A stretch of DNA of 63,298 nucleotides, the filler included, from Neolecta irregularis DAH-3 (lineage: Eukaryota): assembly GCA_001929475.1 (NCBI GenBank). It is 5 parts of 5 records of this genome, joined end to end, with 100 filler letters (N's around TTAATTAATTAA, not from the genome) between each part and the next. Parts side by side here need not be neighbours in the genome. Positions count along the whole stretch, not along the records: positions 1 to 21,504 come from LXFE01004026.1; 4 more parts are not named here. One strand, written 5' to 3'. The position numbers and the translations under genes were made by a program. Below are positions 1 to 13,415 of the stretch, piece by piece; the stretch's first letter is position 1; each line of letters starts with the position of its first letter. The notes under the pieces were generated by a model. That model was not told where the DNA came from. It did no database searches and saw only the letters and a list, made by a program, of their open reading frames with translations.

Positions 1-3
1 TCA

Positions 4-142
4 CTGAATAAAAGAATGTAAAAATATAAGCTTCCAAACCTAGAACTTACCTAGCGACCTCCATCATTCTGAATAAAAGAATGTAAAAATATAAACCTCC
101 AAACCTCAGAACTTACCTAGCGACCTCCATCACTCTGAATAG
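4..142. repeat. ~66-bp direct tandem repeat (2 copies plus start of a third)
   Basis: CTGAATAAAAGAATGTAAAAATATAA...AGAACTTACCTAGCGACCTCCATCA occurs at 4 and 69; CTGAATA recurs at 135. Confidence 0.85.
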
Positions 143-738
143 AGGATATGGACAGGGATTTTAGAATAATTGTTTGGAATAGATATCTGACTAAGATTTG
201 AATGGGGTTTATTGAGTGCAATACCGGAAACAGCCTGACTATGCTGACAGAAGCTTCACGATACCAAAACCTAAACCTCTGAACATTGATTGGCGCAAAA
301 ATTCGAGTTTAGTGGTAACTCTTGTCGTACCAACTCACACATTATCACGAGATGTCCTTCCCCTGGATACTCTGCAATATTCACGCAGTTTAGCCAAAGG
401 CATCTACTACTATTGTTGCTCGTTTATTCTAAAAGGCCTTCAGTCCTCGCCTCAGTCAAATTCATCATACTGGAATCATCAAGTTATCCGAGTACAGAAC
501 CTGGTTCCGGGTTTTTCTACGATGGCTCTCGGTTTCCTACAGAGTATTTTCGATGTGCAGGAGTATGGGAGACGCCAGGAATCACTAGGCAGAAGCCGGG
601 GGCTGTGCATCGTTCTTTATTTATCACCTTGCCTTTGTTGGCGCAAGAGGATTTAGTGCCCCTGCGGGCGGATGTTTAGTGGACAGGTTCCCCTTTTCCG
701 ATAGAACAAGACAAGACGGCTACTCTACTCACAGAACT

Positions 739-1213
739 TATCGCGCAGAATCCGTCCCAAGGGTCAAAGTCAGGAAGAGGATGGATATCAAGTGATAGTT
801 GATTGTGGTGAAGGGGAGGGTGGTAGCGGATAGGGTTCTTTAGTTGTGCTTTTGATCTTTGGTATATTTTTGATATGATTGATTGATTTTTGTGAGAAAG
901 AGGGGCGGAGGACTAATCTATATACCTGCAGAACACAACATACTTCCTTCCACTACACGCTGTAGGTTAAAAAAGGGAAAGCTAAGCCCCGTTTACATAC
1001 GGTGACTCGTCAGCACGCCCCATACTCCCGGTACAAAGATACTCTAAGGAAGACAGAGGGCCGACGTCGGAAGCAGGACCGCGCCAAGCAGATAGGATAA
1101 GGAATCGCGAATGAGATAGGTGATAGCAAAATTCGTGGAGGAAGAGGGGAGGAGGGAGGTGTCCCGATATTGACGTTAAGCGTAAATTCTCAGTTTAGCA
1201 TTTCTTTACGACA
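739..1213 (-). mobile_element. Solo LTR, family A
   Basis: Reverse complement aligns end to end with 18464-18927 (shared blocks such as GAGTCACCGTATGTAAACGGGGCTTAGC and GACTTTGACCCTTGGGACGGATTCTGCGCGA). Starts TGTCGTAAAG, ends GCGATA (CA mutated to TA). Flanked by a 4-bp duplication AACT (735-738, 1214-1217). Confidence 0.85.
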
Positions 1214-1342
1214 AACTGCAATATCACATCGGAAGTGAAACATAAAAAATGACTTTTTATATTACTTTAGATAAACCGACAAGAAATTTCGGAAGCTTCT
1301 GGAGATGCTGCCATGGAATACTGCCAACGACGATTCACGCAA

Positions 1343-2307
1343 TCAGCCTCTCCAGTTACCGGGCGGCCCTAATTCAGCTCGCCCATCAGCATACCCATTG
1401 TTCGACTGTGCGTCGCTGACCGAATGGAACCCACCGACGCTGTCGTAACTGGCACCGCCAATGTAGGAACCGTCACCGGAGGCGGTTGCGACGACTCTCG
1501 AGCCGACCAGGTTACCATTCTCATCACTACCAGAAACACGGGTGTCGACCATTTCAGCCCCGGGGAGGACAGTGACGTGATTATCCCCGGTAGTAGCTGT
1601 AAGCCCGACGGCTTGACCCTCGCCATGCGAGTAGCCATTGTGAAGAGCTCCGATAGTGCCGTAGGACGCTTGCTTGCATTGCTGAGTACGAGAAATGCAG
1701 CCGCCAGAAGCCTCACACGGTCGCTGGCCGATCGGACACTGCTGCGACGGGCAATATCCCTGAGCGACGCAGCTGTTTGTGGACGCACACCATTGCTCAC
1801 CCCCCTGACAGCAGGCCTGTCCCAAAGGCTGACAGCTCCCGGTTGTCGGACACCATTGGCCACCACCCAAACACCGCTGCTGCGAGCAAGGCTGTGTACC
1901 AGGAATGCATCGGCCCGCACACCATTGCTCTTTAAACGAACACTGCGGCGGCGACGACGGGCAGGGCTGTCCAATGGGAGTACACGGACCGTTTGACGAA
2001 CATGATCTAAAACCAACCGAACAGCAAGCCTGTCCCGAAGAATGACAGCTATTGGTTGCCGGACACCATTGGCCAGCCGAACACTGCGACGGCGGGCAAA
2101 TCTGTCCCGGAAGATGACATCTTTCGGCTACCGGACACCAATTGGGGCATTGGTCTTTATTTGCTATCAGAAAACAGAAATCGAAAAGACCTACCAGGGA
2201 CCGGCGAGCCTATCAATCAGCAACGAAACAATGAAAGACAAACCAAAGATCTGCAGGAGCCCGACGGCAAAGAAGACGATACGACATAGCTTGTTGGAAT
2301 AAGCCAT
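1343..2307 (-). CDS. Secreted cysteine-rich repeat protein (unknown family)
   Basis: ATG at 2307 gives a signal-peptide-like start MAYSNKLCRIVFFAVGLLQIFG. After two short GT-AG introns the frame is open through repeated QWC-x4-5-C-x3-GQxC units into the 1343-1870 ORF, ending in a Gly/Ser/Asp-rich region. Confidence 0.75.
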
Positions 2308-2659
2308 TGTGCAAATTCGAGTAAAGCTGTTGCAGGTATAACTCCTGCCTTTCCACGACCTTGAACACCGGCTTTTATAATTTTCCAGTCAACAGCGTTC
2401 TCTCTCGGCATCGGGTTTTCTCGCTCCGAAACGATTTCAAACTGCCCATTTCGAGCACTGGCGCTTATTGATCAGCGTAAAGTAGAGGCCTGTTCATCGT
2501 GCTCGTAAATTCTTCGACCGCACTAGACAAAACCTTTCCCACTCTCCCGTGTCACATCATGTTCAATAAGTCCCGGATCACAAGGGTGCGCTTGCACCAA
2601 GCGTCGGGTGTAATGGACTCGGCCCAGATTGTGGTATATATAGTGTCCCCCATTGGTAA

Positions 2660-3410
2660 TACTACACTATCGACGCTTCACCATTTGAAACCCAACCTCT
2701 GATCATTGATCGGCGAATTGAGGCTCTGCCAGGACTTTTGTTTATATAACATTCTACTTGATAGAGTAATCATATCGATGCTTCAACCCATAAAAATTCA
2801 ACCCTTTTGATTAGCGAATAGAGGTTCGACCAGTATTTTTGTTTATATAATTATTCTACTTGATAGAGTAGTCATATCGACGCTTGTGTTAGGAAAATGA
2901 TATAGTAATCTTTTGGAAGATATTTTAAAGCTCTTGTGTGGCTTTTCCTTTAGTCAGAGTCTAGGTTTCTATAACCGACACGGCTATTTCGTAGACCTGT
3001 AGGTGCTTGCTTGTAGGACCGGTGAATAGAGCAATACTCATCCAGCGAAGGAATCTAACAATCGGTTTTTCTCATTTTTATTCAAGTCATCCAAGTCTGC
3101 AAAGCTCTACAACTGCAACCTGTGTGTTACACGCTTAAACACTTCAAAATTATACCCTTTATCATTCGTTGGCAGGAAATTTAGTCTTCTATGTGGCAAG
3201 GTTATAATATTGACGTGTGCTATATGAAAACTAAACCGTCTGATCATTGATTGGCGGAAAATTGATCCTAGTCCAAGCTTTTCGAATATTGAAACTCCCC
3301 TTGTGTAAGACTACAATATTGACGCTTCACACCCTCTATCATTGGTGACGGGAAATTTAGTCTTCTCCATAATAAGGCTATAATATTGACGTTTCGCTAT
3401 ATCGAAAACT
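2660..3410. repeat. Degenerate ~70-110-bp tandem array
   Basis: Recurring (A)TAT(C/T)GACGCTT...ATCATTG...GCGAA/GGAAATT units at about 2668, 2773, 2875, 3207, 3316 and 3384; units 1 and 2 share TTTTGTTTATATAA..TTCTACTTGATAGAGTA. Confidence 0.65.
2885..3131 (+). mobile_element. Solo LTR, family C, inserted into the tandem array
   Basis: TG...CA termini (TGTGTTAGG...GTGTTACA) with a 4-bp duplication CGCT (2881-2884, 3132-3135); homologous to 33998-34180. Confidence 0.75.
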
Positions 3411-4005
3411 TGTGCCAATCCTTTCAAAGTGCATTAACACCAAACACCTACTAGTCGGACCACACCAAAATCCATTAGAATTGCCTATCGCTTCCTCACC
3501 TTCCATCGAATTACTCAGCGTTTATCACTATCTGAAATTTATTCCTCTTCCGAAATCACCCTTTCTATCAGAAGTACCTACCATGGAAACCCCCTGTTCG
3601 CCTTCTTCAAAAATCCGCGTTCTCATCCAACATAGTTCCTGCTTACAGCAGTGCGACGTAAAGCCTAGCGGAACGCTAGATTGCACATGTACATCATGAT
3701 GAAACAAATACTCAAGTCTCCAACAACAAAACACATCAAGACAATTAAAAAGACGACTATAAACAGAATGACGTAGATATAAGTAACGATCATATAATGC
3801 AAAGGAAGAAAAAAAAAGAGAGAGAGCAAGTCGATCGAAAGGACCTCTGACGACAATAAGACGTCTAAAAGCACAAGAATGAAAAAAGAAGGAAAGTAAA
3901 CTCGAGACAAACGCCGCTTGGCCTAATCTAAACCATCAATCCAACCAATTAACCATACGATACCACCCAAACACGATTAAAAGAAATAAAAGCAATAAAA
4001 GAAGG

Positions 4006-6351
4006 TCAATATTTCCCTGGTGTGGGGTATCCCCTTGCATCTTGCATCGATGGATTACCAGGCGTCAATCCCCTACGCTTTCCATGGGGGTTTCTTAGCG
4101 GGACTTCAAAATCGGGGTTTCCCTGGAATAATACGTCATTGTGTTTAGAGGGTGGAGGGTCAGATAGAGGCTGCTGCTGCGGACCTGAAGGTTGCCATCT
4201 GGGATTCACGGGACGCTGTGAGACGCTAGTGAAATGCGAACTATTGCTCGCAGCACCTGGACTTTGTGGACCTGGATCAAGTTCACCAGGTGCAGTATCG
4301 AAGCGGGGGTCAACATCTTCATAGTAATTCGTTCTCGGCGAGTGGGTTTGTGACGTCGAGCTGCGTTTTGTAATTAGTGGGACAGGCAACGGAGGCGAAG
4401 TATTCCAGCTTTTTCGAAGGGGTGCATATTCCACCACGGGGTTGCCTGCGCCCGGATCAGGCGAGTAGATACTACTTGCCGACGCAATGCTTTTGGCGCT
4501 TGGAGAAGAATCAGAATCGGATTGTGGGATTGTTTGAGTGATTTGACCGGGATCAAAGAAAGCGGAATCAAGGGCTCTGGTGTTTGGAATTTCGTGCTCT
4601 GGTGGTGATTTGGTGGGTGAATTTGAAGTTTTGGCTGGTACTTGATAAGTTGTCTTTGCTCTTGTGTTTTCTTCAAAAGGTTGATCAGTCGGTAAGCTCT
4701 TGTTTCTTTGAGCCGGAGTCAAAGAGGTTGCTAAGGGATTTGAAAAGCTGTGGGTTAAACGCAAAGGAATTAATTCATTGTCGTTGGGCGGGTTTCTTGA
4801 TTGATCAAATGAACGGCGATGCTCGCCGAAGCGTGATGAGGATGAATTTGAGGTTTGTGTACGTAACGGTGGGCCATTCATCAGTCGAGGTCCTTGTGAT
4901 CCAGGTTGAAAGGAGGCCCCGGGCATATATCTGTGTCCATGAGGACCCGGGTCGGAATTCTCCCGGGCCCGTGCTTCGCTCATATATGGCGCACGAGGGA
5001 TATCTTCAGAGATGCGGCCTTTGTATGAGTCTAGATATGGAGGCTGGCGACCATCGGGATAAGGAACGCGAGGCAGATCTCCATGATGCCCCTCGACAAA
5101 AGGACCACGACGTCCATCATCAAAACGACCCTGATACCCGTCAGGAAACGAGCCCTGAGACACATCATTCATTCGTCCAGCTGGATGATTTTGACGGCGA
5201 TGTAGAGGCACATCATCCGGGTACCCTCTACTCATCGGCGGCGGTAATCCCGGTCCGGGTCTCGATGAGCCGTACTGATTTGGCGGATACTGGTTTTGGC
5301 CAAGGGTTTGAACTGGCCTTCGCTCTGGAGAAAATCTAGTACCGTGATTGGGCTGTCCGGAATACTGCAAATTTCTACCAGTTCCTGGTGCAAAAGGGTG
5401 ATAATTTTGAGGATACCCTACAATACCGTTTACATTCTCTCCAGGCGTTGAAATTTCTGATCTAGATTCGCCTCGTTTCAAGGGCACCCGATCCGGGGTA
5501 AGTGTACGCGAAGATGATTCTTTAGGATCGTCATTTACAGTAAATTCGGCGAATTTAGGAAGATCAGCAGATGGTCGCTTCCAAGAATTATTCATTCTAC
5601 TTTCATCCTGTAGATTCTGGTGTTTTGCATCGAAAAATGAAGGTCCTATCATTTGTTGATCTTCAGCCAACCGCTGACGGTTCTTTCTACGGCCAACTAA
5701 TTTTCTCGCAACGCATAAAGCGACTACAAGATAAAAAAAAGGGCCAAGGGAGACGTACTTGTAGCAGAGAGATTGAGAGCGGACGCGGCGATTGTGAGGA
5801 AACTACCGGTAGATGTATTTGGCATGAACGCAATAAGATCAACTAGAAACGTGACGAGCGATAGTATCGTTCCCAATACAGAGAACATTACTAGAGCAAG
5901 CATGAACCGCATCGAATGTGCAGGAGATCGAATGTGGGCGGATGCGGCAAGTATAAGAGTGAGCAGGACCCAGCCTGTAGAAACAAGGTGCAAGACGAGT
6001 AAATGTGTCAATACATTTCGAATTGATGCAGGTAGTGTAAATGACGGTTCAGCCGAGGACGGAAAAGCAGAATCTATGAAAAGAGTTAGTCTAGTGTATG
6101 AAACGAAACCCGATGAGCGGATAAAAAATAACCAGGATCTTGGTTCAAGGCATACCCATATCATACCCCAATCCAACTGGAGTACATGTATTTCCCGTAC
6201 AACTTCCAAATACGCCAAATTTAACATCTCCTACTGATCCCAGGGGAAAAGTACGAGTAATCGGGGGCGATAAACAACTCAACAAAAGCAGGACAAAAGC
6301 GCACAAAAGCAAGAATGCGCCCGGAGTAACCGCTCTCGGTCGAATAACCAT
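4006..6351 (-). CDS. SUR7/PalI (Rim9/Mac1-like) membrane protein with long disordered C-terminus
   Basis: N-terminal TM segment, then the FGVFGSC..C...GLGY motif typical of PalI/SUR7, three further TM segments (5724-6100) and a Pro/Ser-rich 554-aa terminal exon. Confidence 0.8.
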
Positions 6352-6744
6352 TTAAAGAAAAAAACCAAGCTCGCAGTACGTTTGGATAACCCTAGAAAAG
6401 AGGGCGCATGTGCACGGATGTAGGAAGCGGGGGTGGAGGTTTGAAGGTTACGTTGCGCGACAAACTGTCTTTGGACTTATCTTTTAACCGGCGGTAATTA
6501 AAGAAATGGCGCAATTAAAGATGACTAGTAATAGCCACTGATTTTTTATTATCTCAAGATTACCTTTCATTGAATAGAGTATAAATAATTCAACAATTTT
6601 GGACATGATAATTCAAAAGACAGACTCAAATAAAAAGTAGAATTTCCTTGGCGCTAAACAGTTTATATTCTTCAAGGAATACCCTGGTGTAAAATCACAT
6701 ACTAATAAACAGGATTAAAACGAAAAATGGCAGATTAAAATAGA

Positions 6745-7663
6745 TCAAGTTGTCTCGCGTCTATTTAGAAATTCGTCCATCCATCCATCGCCGCCATCGA
6801 AAATGCCTGTTTGGGAATATTCTGATTTTGTTAGTGGATTCCAGGGTTGATTATTGCTTGATTGGGATTGACACCCACTGTGTGAATCATGTTGTTCCTC
6901 TTGTTGATGTTGCTGCTCTGCTTGCTGGACATCCCCGTGTGCAATCTCTAACAATCGATAAAGACCAGCAACACACCTCCTCGCCTCCAGATTCGTCACG
7001 GAAACTTAACCTTTTCTACTTGAATTTTCAAGTAATCGTATTAATTACTGTATCCACAATCATTGCAAAGTGTAAAACGACCGAGGCAGTCATAAAATAA
7101 TACAACAATCTCAATAAATCCTATATCTAGTTAATGTTAGGGTAAATTATAACATACAGATTCGGAGAGAAATGGATTTGCGGGGACGACATCGAGCAAG
7201 GCGATTGTAGTCTGTAGAGAAGGCGCTTTTGATGCAGGGTGATTTTGAAGGATTTGCTATCCCACTTGGTACCAGTACCCTGCAGTTTGTTTGTTCAAAA
7301 CAAGGGAAAAGATATAGTCGATGGATGAAGATTCGCCATTGAGGGATAGTTTCAGGAGACTTGTTGGAGAAAGGGGTAGTTTGGATCTGGGTACTCAAGG
7401 GGAGGTGTGGAGAAAGACAAGATTTCCAGCTGAGCAAAGCTGCATCTACTATGGAGAAGGAGGAGTAATATGGCGAGACACCCAGTTGCATCAACACTTA
7501 AAATCCAGTGTCCACCTGCCTGCCTGGCGGGCCACCGGCGGGCGGGTGGGGCCTCTTCGGCAGGATTTTTATGCCTCCCGCCTTCACCAAGAGATCCAAC
7601 CACCCACCTGGAGAATGCGCTGGCAGGCTGTGAGTTGTACGGAAGTTTGGCTGTTTCCTTCAT
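6745..7663 (-). CDS. Hypothetical multi-exon protein
   Basis: The last exon (6745-6999) looks coding (Q-rich, ends DGWMDEFL..) and resembles fungal TF C-termini. Upstream exon structure is not resolved. Confidence 0.3.
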
Positions 7664-8129
7664 GTGATGCTTCTTCAAGGGTCCCCTTTTGACTTTCTTA
7701 TATTGAATTTGTTGGTATACCATTAGTTTTGCCTTTAAATTCCGATCCCGATAGTGTTTGTTTCGTTTGAATACGTTGGTTGGTTGTTCAAACTGTGAAT
7801 TGATTGCAATTTGCTCAAAGTTATACTCGCAAGATTTGTCACTTGTCACGTGACACATTGATCAGGATGATACGACATAAACTTTGCATGGGTAGCATAT
7901 TCCCACCAATGACTGAAATGGCCAGATAGAAATCATTTTATGTTAGCAAGTCTGATAGCAGTCTTGTCGTTCTGAATTTCGTACTCATGGTCCTTCGTGC
8001 CTCACTGCACCAGGCCGGAAATTATCTAGACTTGAGTCACATCGAAATACACAGTATTCGAGTACCGTATATAATATAAGATGATATCATGTATATATAC
8101 TATAATAGCATGTATGATATCATATGTCT

Positions 8130-9808
8130 TCAAAATAAAACATACCCCAAACAAAGAAACGAAGGTCCCGTAAACAAGCCAATCCTTGTAATCAACGCCA
8201 CCTAACACACTACTTACCAGAAGAAAATATTCCCCAAAGTCTTTCGATCACGAAATAACTTGGTTCGGGATAATCTCACAAGGGGAAGTTGGAACATCTA
8301 TCTCTATAAGCAAAACCACAATTGTTTTGGTACCTGCATCAACAACAAATAACAGCGGATTTTCTTGGTGATCACAGCCATCACAAATTCATGCACCCTT
8401 CTCGCATTAGTTATTTAATTTCAAGGACATACAATGCCGAAAGAAGAAACGTGCATAAAGTGGCATGTCTTTTCGATATTTTAAATGCCGAGATACTTGA
8501 ATGGTAAACATGTCGCAATAAAAATAAATGAACAGGTTTATTCCACTCGCGTGAAAATTGTTCCCAGTTCCATGAATTCCACCAAGCATCGTAAAACCCA
8601 CGATCCGCAAAACACGTGATTTCCGCAAAGACGTTGAGTATGCATTCGAAAACGAGGTAAAAGACTAGGAGGTAGAGAGTTGTCAGGGGGAAGATGATAT
8701 CTAGAGCGGACCAGGGAAGATCGTGTAGACGTTGTGTCCGTGTGGTTGTTTGCGGGGGAAGATGAGGTATGACGGAGTGTTCCGCTATCAAAACAATCAA
8801 CAGGAACACACCGACCGATGCAACGCTCTTTTCTAATAAGTACGACCACCGGATTCTAGATATTAGGAAAGAACCGATCAAATAATACTTTGCTGTCCGT
8901 GGATACGATAATTCGTAAATCAACGTCGGACAAAGCAAGTAATCCACAAAATTTCGTAACGTTAGATTATCCGGATAATGTTTTGTTCCACAAGGTGATT
9001 CAAGTTCGTTCATGTGTCCTTGTATTTCCAACCCCAGCTTCTCCTTTTCACTAGTCGATGTAGTTGAGCCAAGTCTCAATTCAAGTTCTTTCACAACCCG
9101 ATAACGTCGTGATAAATACCCGTTAAACGTAGCATACGAATATTGCTTCATAAGCATAACGAAGCTATTCTTTAGATTTATACGGCAGTAATATACCAGT
9201 GAAGTGTGATAAAAACTTTCTGAATCCAGGGCCATTGCCGATATTCACTCCACCAAACCGTAAAAGCTAATGATGAGATCTGCCATATCTAATATAAGCA
9301 TTTATTGAAGGTCAAATCAAAACCTACATGTCCAATTATCCATCCTGTATGATCCCAATCGATGGTACCAGCATACACCGCCCTCTGCAACACCAACGCA
9401 AAAACAGACGATATAACCATACATAGATCACTAATCCATAAAACAATCATATCCTTCATGAATAAATCAGACAACTTGTGCCCAAAGAATTCTCCGGATA
9501 CCCTAAAATTCCATGCGACTGTACGAATCATGTAAAATCCAAGACCAAGCCAAAAAAGTGTAAAAAATCCGTGAAAAGGAGAGTTGGTACTGGATGGATT
9601 CGAGCGGTCGAAAACACTGACCTGAGGATGAAACTCCAACTGGCAATCAACTTTGAATAATCAAACGGGTTGTAGAAAGACGTACTGTTTTAAATTCTGA
9701 GGTGAGTTTTCTTTTCTTTTGACGGGATGAAGATAAGCGGATTTCGAGGGTTGAATCTTGAGATTGAGTGAGAATTGCCGTCGCCGTTAATGTTTTTCCA
9801 AGAGCCAT
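8130..9808 (-). CDS. Sterol O-acyltransferase (MBOAT, ARE1/ARE2 family), paralog 1
   Basis: Motifs FHGFFTLFW, MKQYSY, YPDNLT..NFVDYLLCPTLIYELSYPRT, FADRGFYDAWWN, WNKPVHLFLLRHVY, MHEF and GNIFFW; several short introns. Confidence 0.92.
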
Positions 9809-10240
9809 TAGAGCTGACGTGGCTGTAGGTTGGGGTAGCTGGATGAGGGGATGTGATGATTTATAGGGATTCTTTTTGTGGGGATGACGTTACTTTTTTG
9901 TTTTCCGGAGACGGAAGCTCTTTGCGCCGAGACTCGCTATTTAAATAGTCTGAATGACCCCTGATACCTAGTGTTACTTGAAAGTTTAGCCAGAGGGTTA
10001 TTTATGCAATTGTGTTTCAAGACCGGTGGGTCCGTAGATAGATTTTCTGGATTTAAGAGTCTGAATTAGCATGTCGAATATATTATTATTTTTCTTCCTA
10101 GCATTAGGATGTGTGTTGTGCTTTATATCCGAAAAGCCCGACTGTGTTTGTAGGGACCCCAGGTTTTGCGGCGATAACCTTGCGATAGCGAAATATGTCA
10201 TTGACCTCATCGAGACAATTACCGCCACCTTTACTGACAA

Positions 10241-11961
10241 ATGTCGATTCACTCCTCCCAAGACTCTTCAGACTCAGAATATCACCCCGCGGCCCAGGAT
10301 CTCGATATAAACAATGACGACGAGGATGAAGACGGGTTTCTCGATGTGGAGGATATCATGGATCAAGGCTATGAAGTAGACGGATTCTCAACCGACGCTG
10401 AAACAGATATTATCCTTGATGTACTCTTCTTTAATATGCAAAATTTACGCAGTAGTATCGTCATGTACAACTGCATCCTCCGTACGTTGATCAATATAGA
10501 CTTTTCAGAGACGATTATCCCAATGGAATCCACCTTCCCCAAAATCTACAATCCAAGGAAAAATACTACAATCATCAGGTCACTTTGGAAACCCAAATTA
10601 TACCCGCAAAACACCTTTTACATTCCATCATCTCCTCCAGCGATCACTAACCCGACACCCGCAAGATCAAATTCGACGAGTAAGACAATAATCGCCGAGT
10701 GTCATGGCTGATGACCACTTTTTAGCGGTTTATTCCAGGGGATATATTAACGCCAGTGTCTAGATTACGATCGCGGATATACAGCGGCCAATTCTCCCAG
10801 GATGGAACGTTCTTTTTCAGCTGTGCGCAAGATTTCCGTGTGCGCTTATACGATACGACGGATGCATATGATTGGAAACAGTACAAGACGATACAGGTAT
10901 ATTCATCATGTTTTAATATCTGATTCAAGGGTGCATATGGATCATGGACGATCACGGATAGCGATCTTTCTCCGGACAACAAGTGGGTGATTTACTCTAC
11001 CATCGATCCAGTTGTATTTCTAGCTAGAACGGACCAAGAAGATGATGAATTGAAGGCACTGAGGATGGGAAGCGCATATTGTAGATGTGGGGTATCTTCT
11101 CCCACTCTCTATGATGTGAGGCTTATAATGTAGATTTGGAGTGTCCGGTGGTCTGCAGATGCAAAGGAAATCGTCGCGGGAGCGAGTGATTCTTCAATAT
11201 ATCGTATACCAAGTCTTTTTTCCCCTTACCAATTACCAGTTTACGATGTGGAACAGAATAGAGTCACGCTTCGATTGGGCGGGCACAAAGAAGATGTGAA
11301 CGCTGTGAGTTTTGGAGATCACTCTTCGAACATCTTGTTCTCCGGCTCCGACGACAGTTACATCAAAGTATGGGATAGGCGAAGTCTTCATGGCGGGAAA
11401 GAATCCGGAGTTTTAATCGGTCATACTGAAGGAATCACGTTTATCGAAGGAAAAGGAGATGGTCGATACCTCGTGAGTAATTCCAAAGATCAGAGTTGTA
11501 AACTTTGGGATATACGGTATGTCACGACGCATAAGTAGGCCTTTGACTCTAGGAAAATGTTAAACAAGGATACAGATTCACTTCCAGATTATTCGGTCGG
11601 AAACTTTGATTATAGGTACATGCCATATCCTGGCCCCCGCTGCGCTAGGCATCCACTCGATTGCAGCGTCAACACATACACCGGTCACAGCGTTTTAAAA
11701 ACACTGATTCGCTGCCATTTCAGTCCATGCGGCGGATTCCTATATAGTGGAAGCGAAGATGGAAACGGGTATATCTGGAACATTGACGGGAGTTTGAAGA
11801 AGCGAATTCCGTTTGGTGGAGACGGTTCGTGTTTGCGCGATGTCAGTTGGCATCCGTACGAGCCTATCATAGCGGGAAGTCTTTGGGTCGAAGACCAGGG
11901 GTTTCGTGGAGCCGAAGGTGGAATGGTCGTTAGAGCTCAATGGGGCCAGAACACAATATAG
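10241..11961 (+). CDS. WD40-repeat protein, DCAF11/WDR23/LEC14B family
   Basis: YSGQFSQDG, GHKEDVNAV, SGSDD..IKVWDRR, GHTEGITFI..KGDGRYLVSNSKDQ..KLWD, FDYRY..YP, GHSVLKTLIRCHFSP. Confidence 0.9.
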
Positions 11962-12630
11962 ATGTCTGAATGTATCGTTCCAGCTTCTTTATCGTCCTAG
12001 TAAACTAAGGAGATAGAATTGCTTCTGTGAAAGATCGTTAGCTTAGCACAAGCGTTCCAGGTTCGAAAGAAAAATAGATCGACATATCTAGATGATGCAA
12101 GGTATGGGAAAATTAGCTTGGGGAATAATTCAAGGCGTTAAATTTGGCTCGCTATTATTTTTGGAGAAACTAGTATCTAAACTATCGGGAAAGCAGTGAC
12201 TGGACTAAAAGAAAGAATGAGAAAGGGAATAATACAAGGAAACTAAATCGTATTTTCACTTGGGGAATAATACAGAGACATAATTAGACTATTCTTTTCT
12301 CTCTTATGGAATTGCTATGGAGAGTTCCATCCCATCACATTCCTAGTTTCAGAGTTATGATTAGGACACAGGTGTTGATTATATGTAAGAGATGAGGTAG
12401 TGAGGATGATTGGGAATATTAACAACGGCGACTGAAGACAGCCTGGGAAGATAGAGATAATCACGCAACCGGATTAGAGAGTTGTGACTTGTGGGGACAC
12501 AACTTTACCACCCATCGCAACTCGCAACCCCCACCGGCTTGCCACCGCCACCGCCCAATCATCGGAAGGAGCACAAAGAGNNNNNNNNNNTTGGGAAGAT
12601 AGAGATAATCACGCAACCGGATTAGAGAGA

Positions 12631-12935
12631 TGTGGGGACACAACTTTACCACCCGTCGCAACTCGCAACCCCCACCGGCTTGCCACCGCCACCGCCCAAT
12701 CATCGGAAGGAGCACAAAGAGCAGCTCATCCCAGTCGGGCCGGTCACAAGCATCGCCACCCTGCAAGGCAACAGAAAGGCGGGCAGGCAGATGACGGAAG
12801 CAGCACATGTGGCAAATCTGTACATAGGCTTTCACCTGATATTCAATAGACATAGTTCCTCTTACTCATAGTATCTATGTTGGCATATCCAACCAAAGTC
12901 CATATCAGCACCCAACCCCAGGTCGTGTGCTGACA
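12631..12935 (+). mobile_element. LTR, family B, followed by putative internal leader
   Basis: TGTGGGGACAC...GTGCTGACA, homologous to 47421-47753 and 21325-21490. The 3' flank CAAGCGAACCTCGG is identical to that of the 21490 copy. Confidence 0.8.
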
Positions 12936-13415
12936 CAAGCGAACCTCGGTACTCCGACCCGGTTACCATGTTAAATGCCCTAAAATTCTGAGCAACGAGC
13001 ACAACAATCCATACGAAGAACAGTAACGTCCTCACTCTATAATGGTGTCCTGTTTTAAAACAGGTTCATGGACCGAAATGATAGTGAGAAATTGCAGACG
13101 GCCCAGTACTGTTTTTTATTCATTGCTTAATTGAGCATATATGGATTCCTGTTCATAGAAATAGAAAACTATTATAGTATTTATCCTTCGGTTATGAAAA
13201 GCCATCTGGGATGCCGACAATTAATATTCCAAATTGAAGTTTTCGAACCTTGCATTAGTTCTTCCGATGCTTAAATACGGCTTCGCATATTACTCCGAAA
13301 AGACAGAATGATATGGCATTTTCATTGTGTATCGCCTACAATGTAGCTAAAAAAACTGAAATGAAACAAAGGGTCGCAATGATCTGTACACATCACAAAA
13401 TACTCATTCCTATCC

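Noticed and set aside
216-679. ORFs 216-656 and 290-679, and similar short ORFs at 16610-18000 and 23736-24900
   Set aside because: No recognisable motifs or coherent exon structure; probably intergenic or decayed repeat sequence.
4-3410. CRISPR-like reading of the spaced repeats
   Set aside because: Eukaryotic context, no cas genes, and the units are similar along their whole length with no unique spacers.
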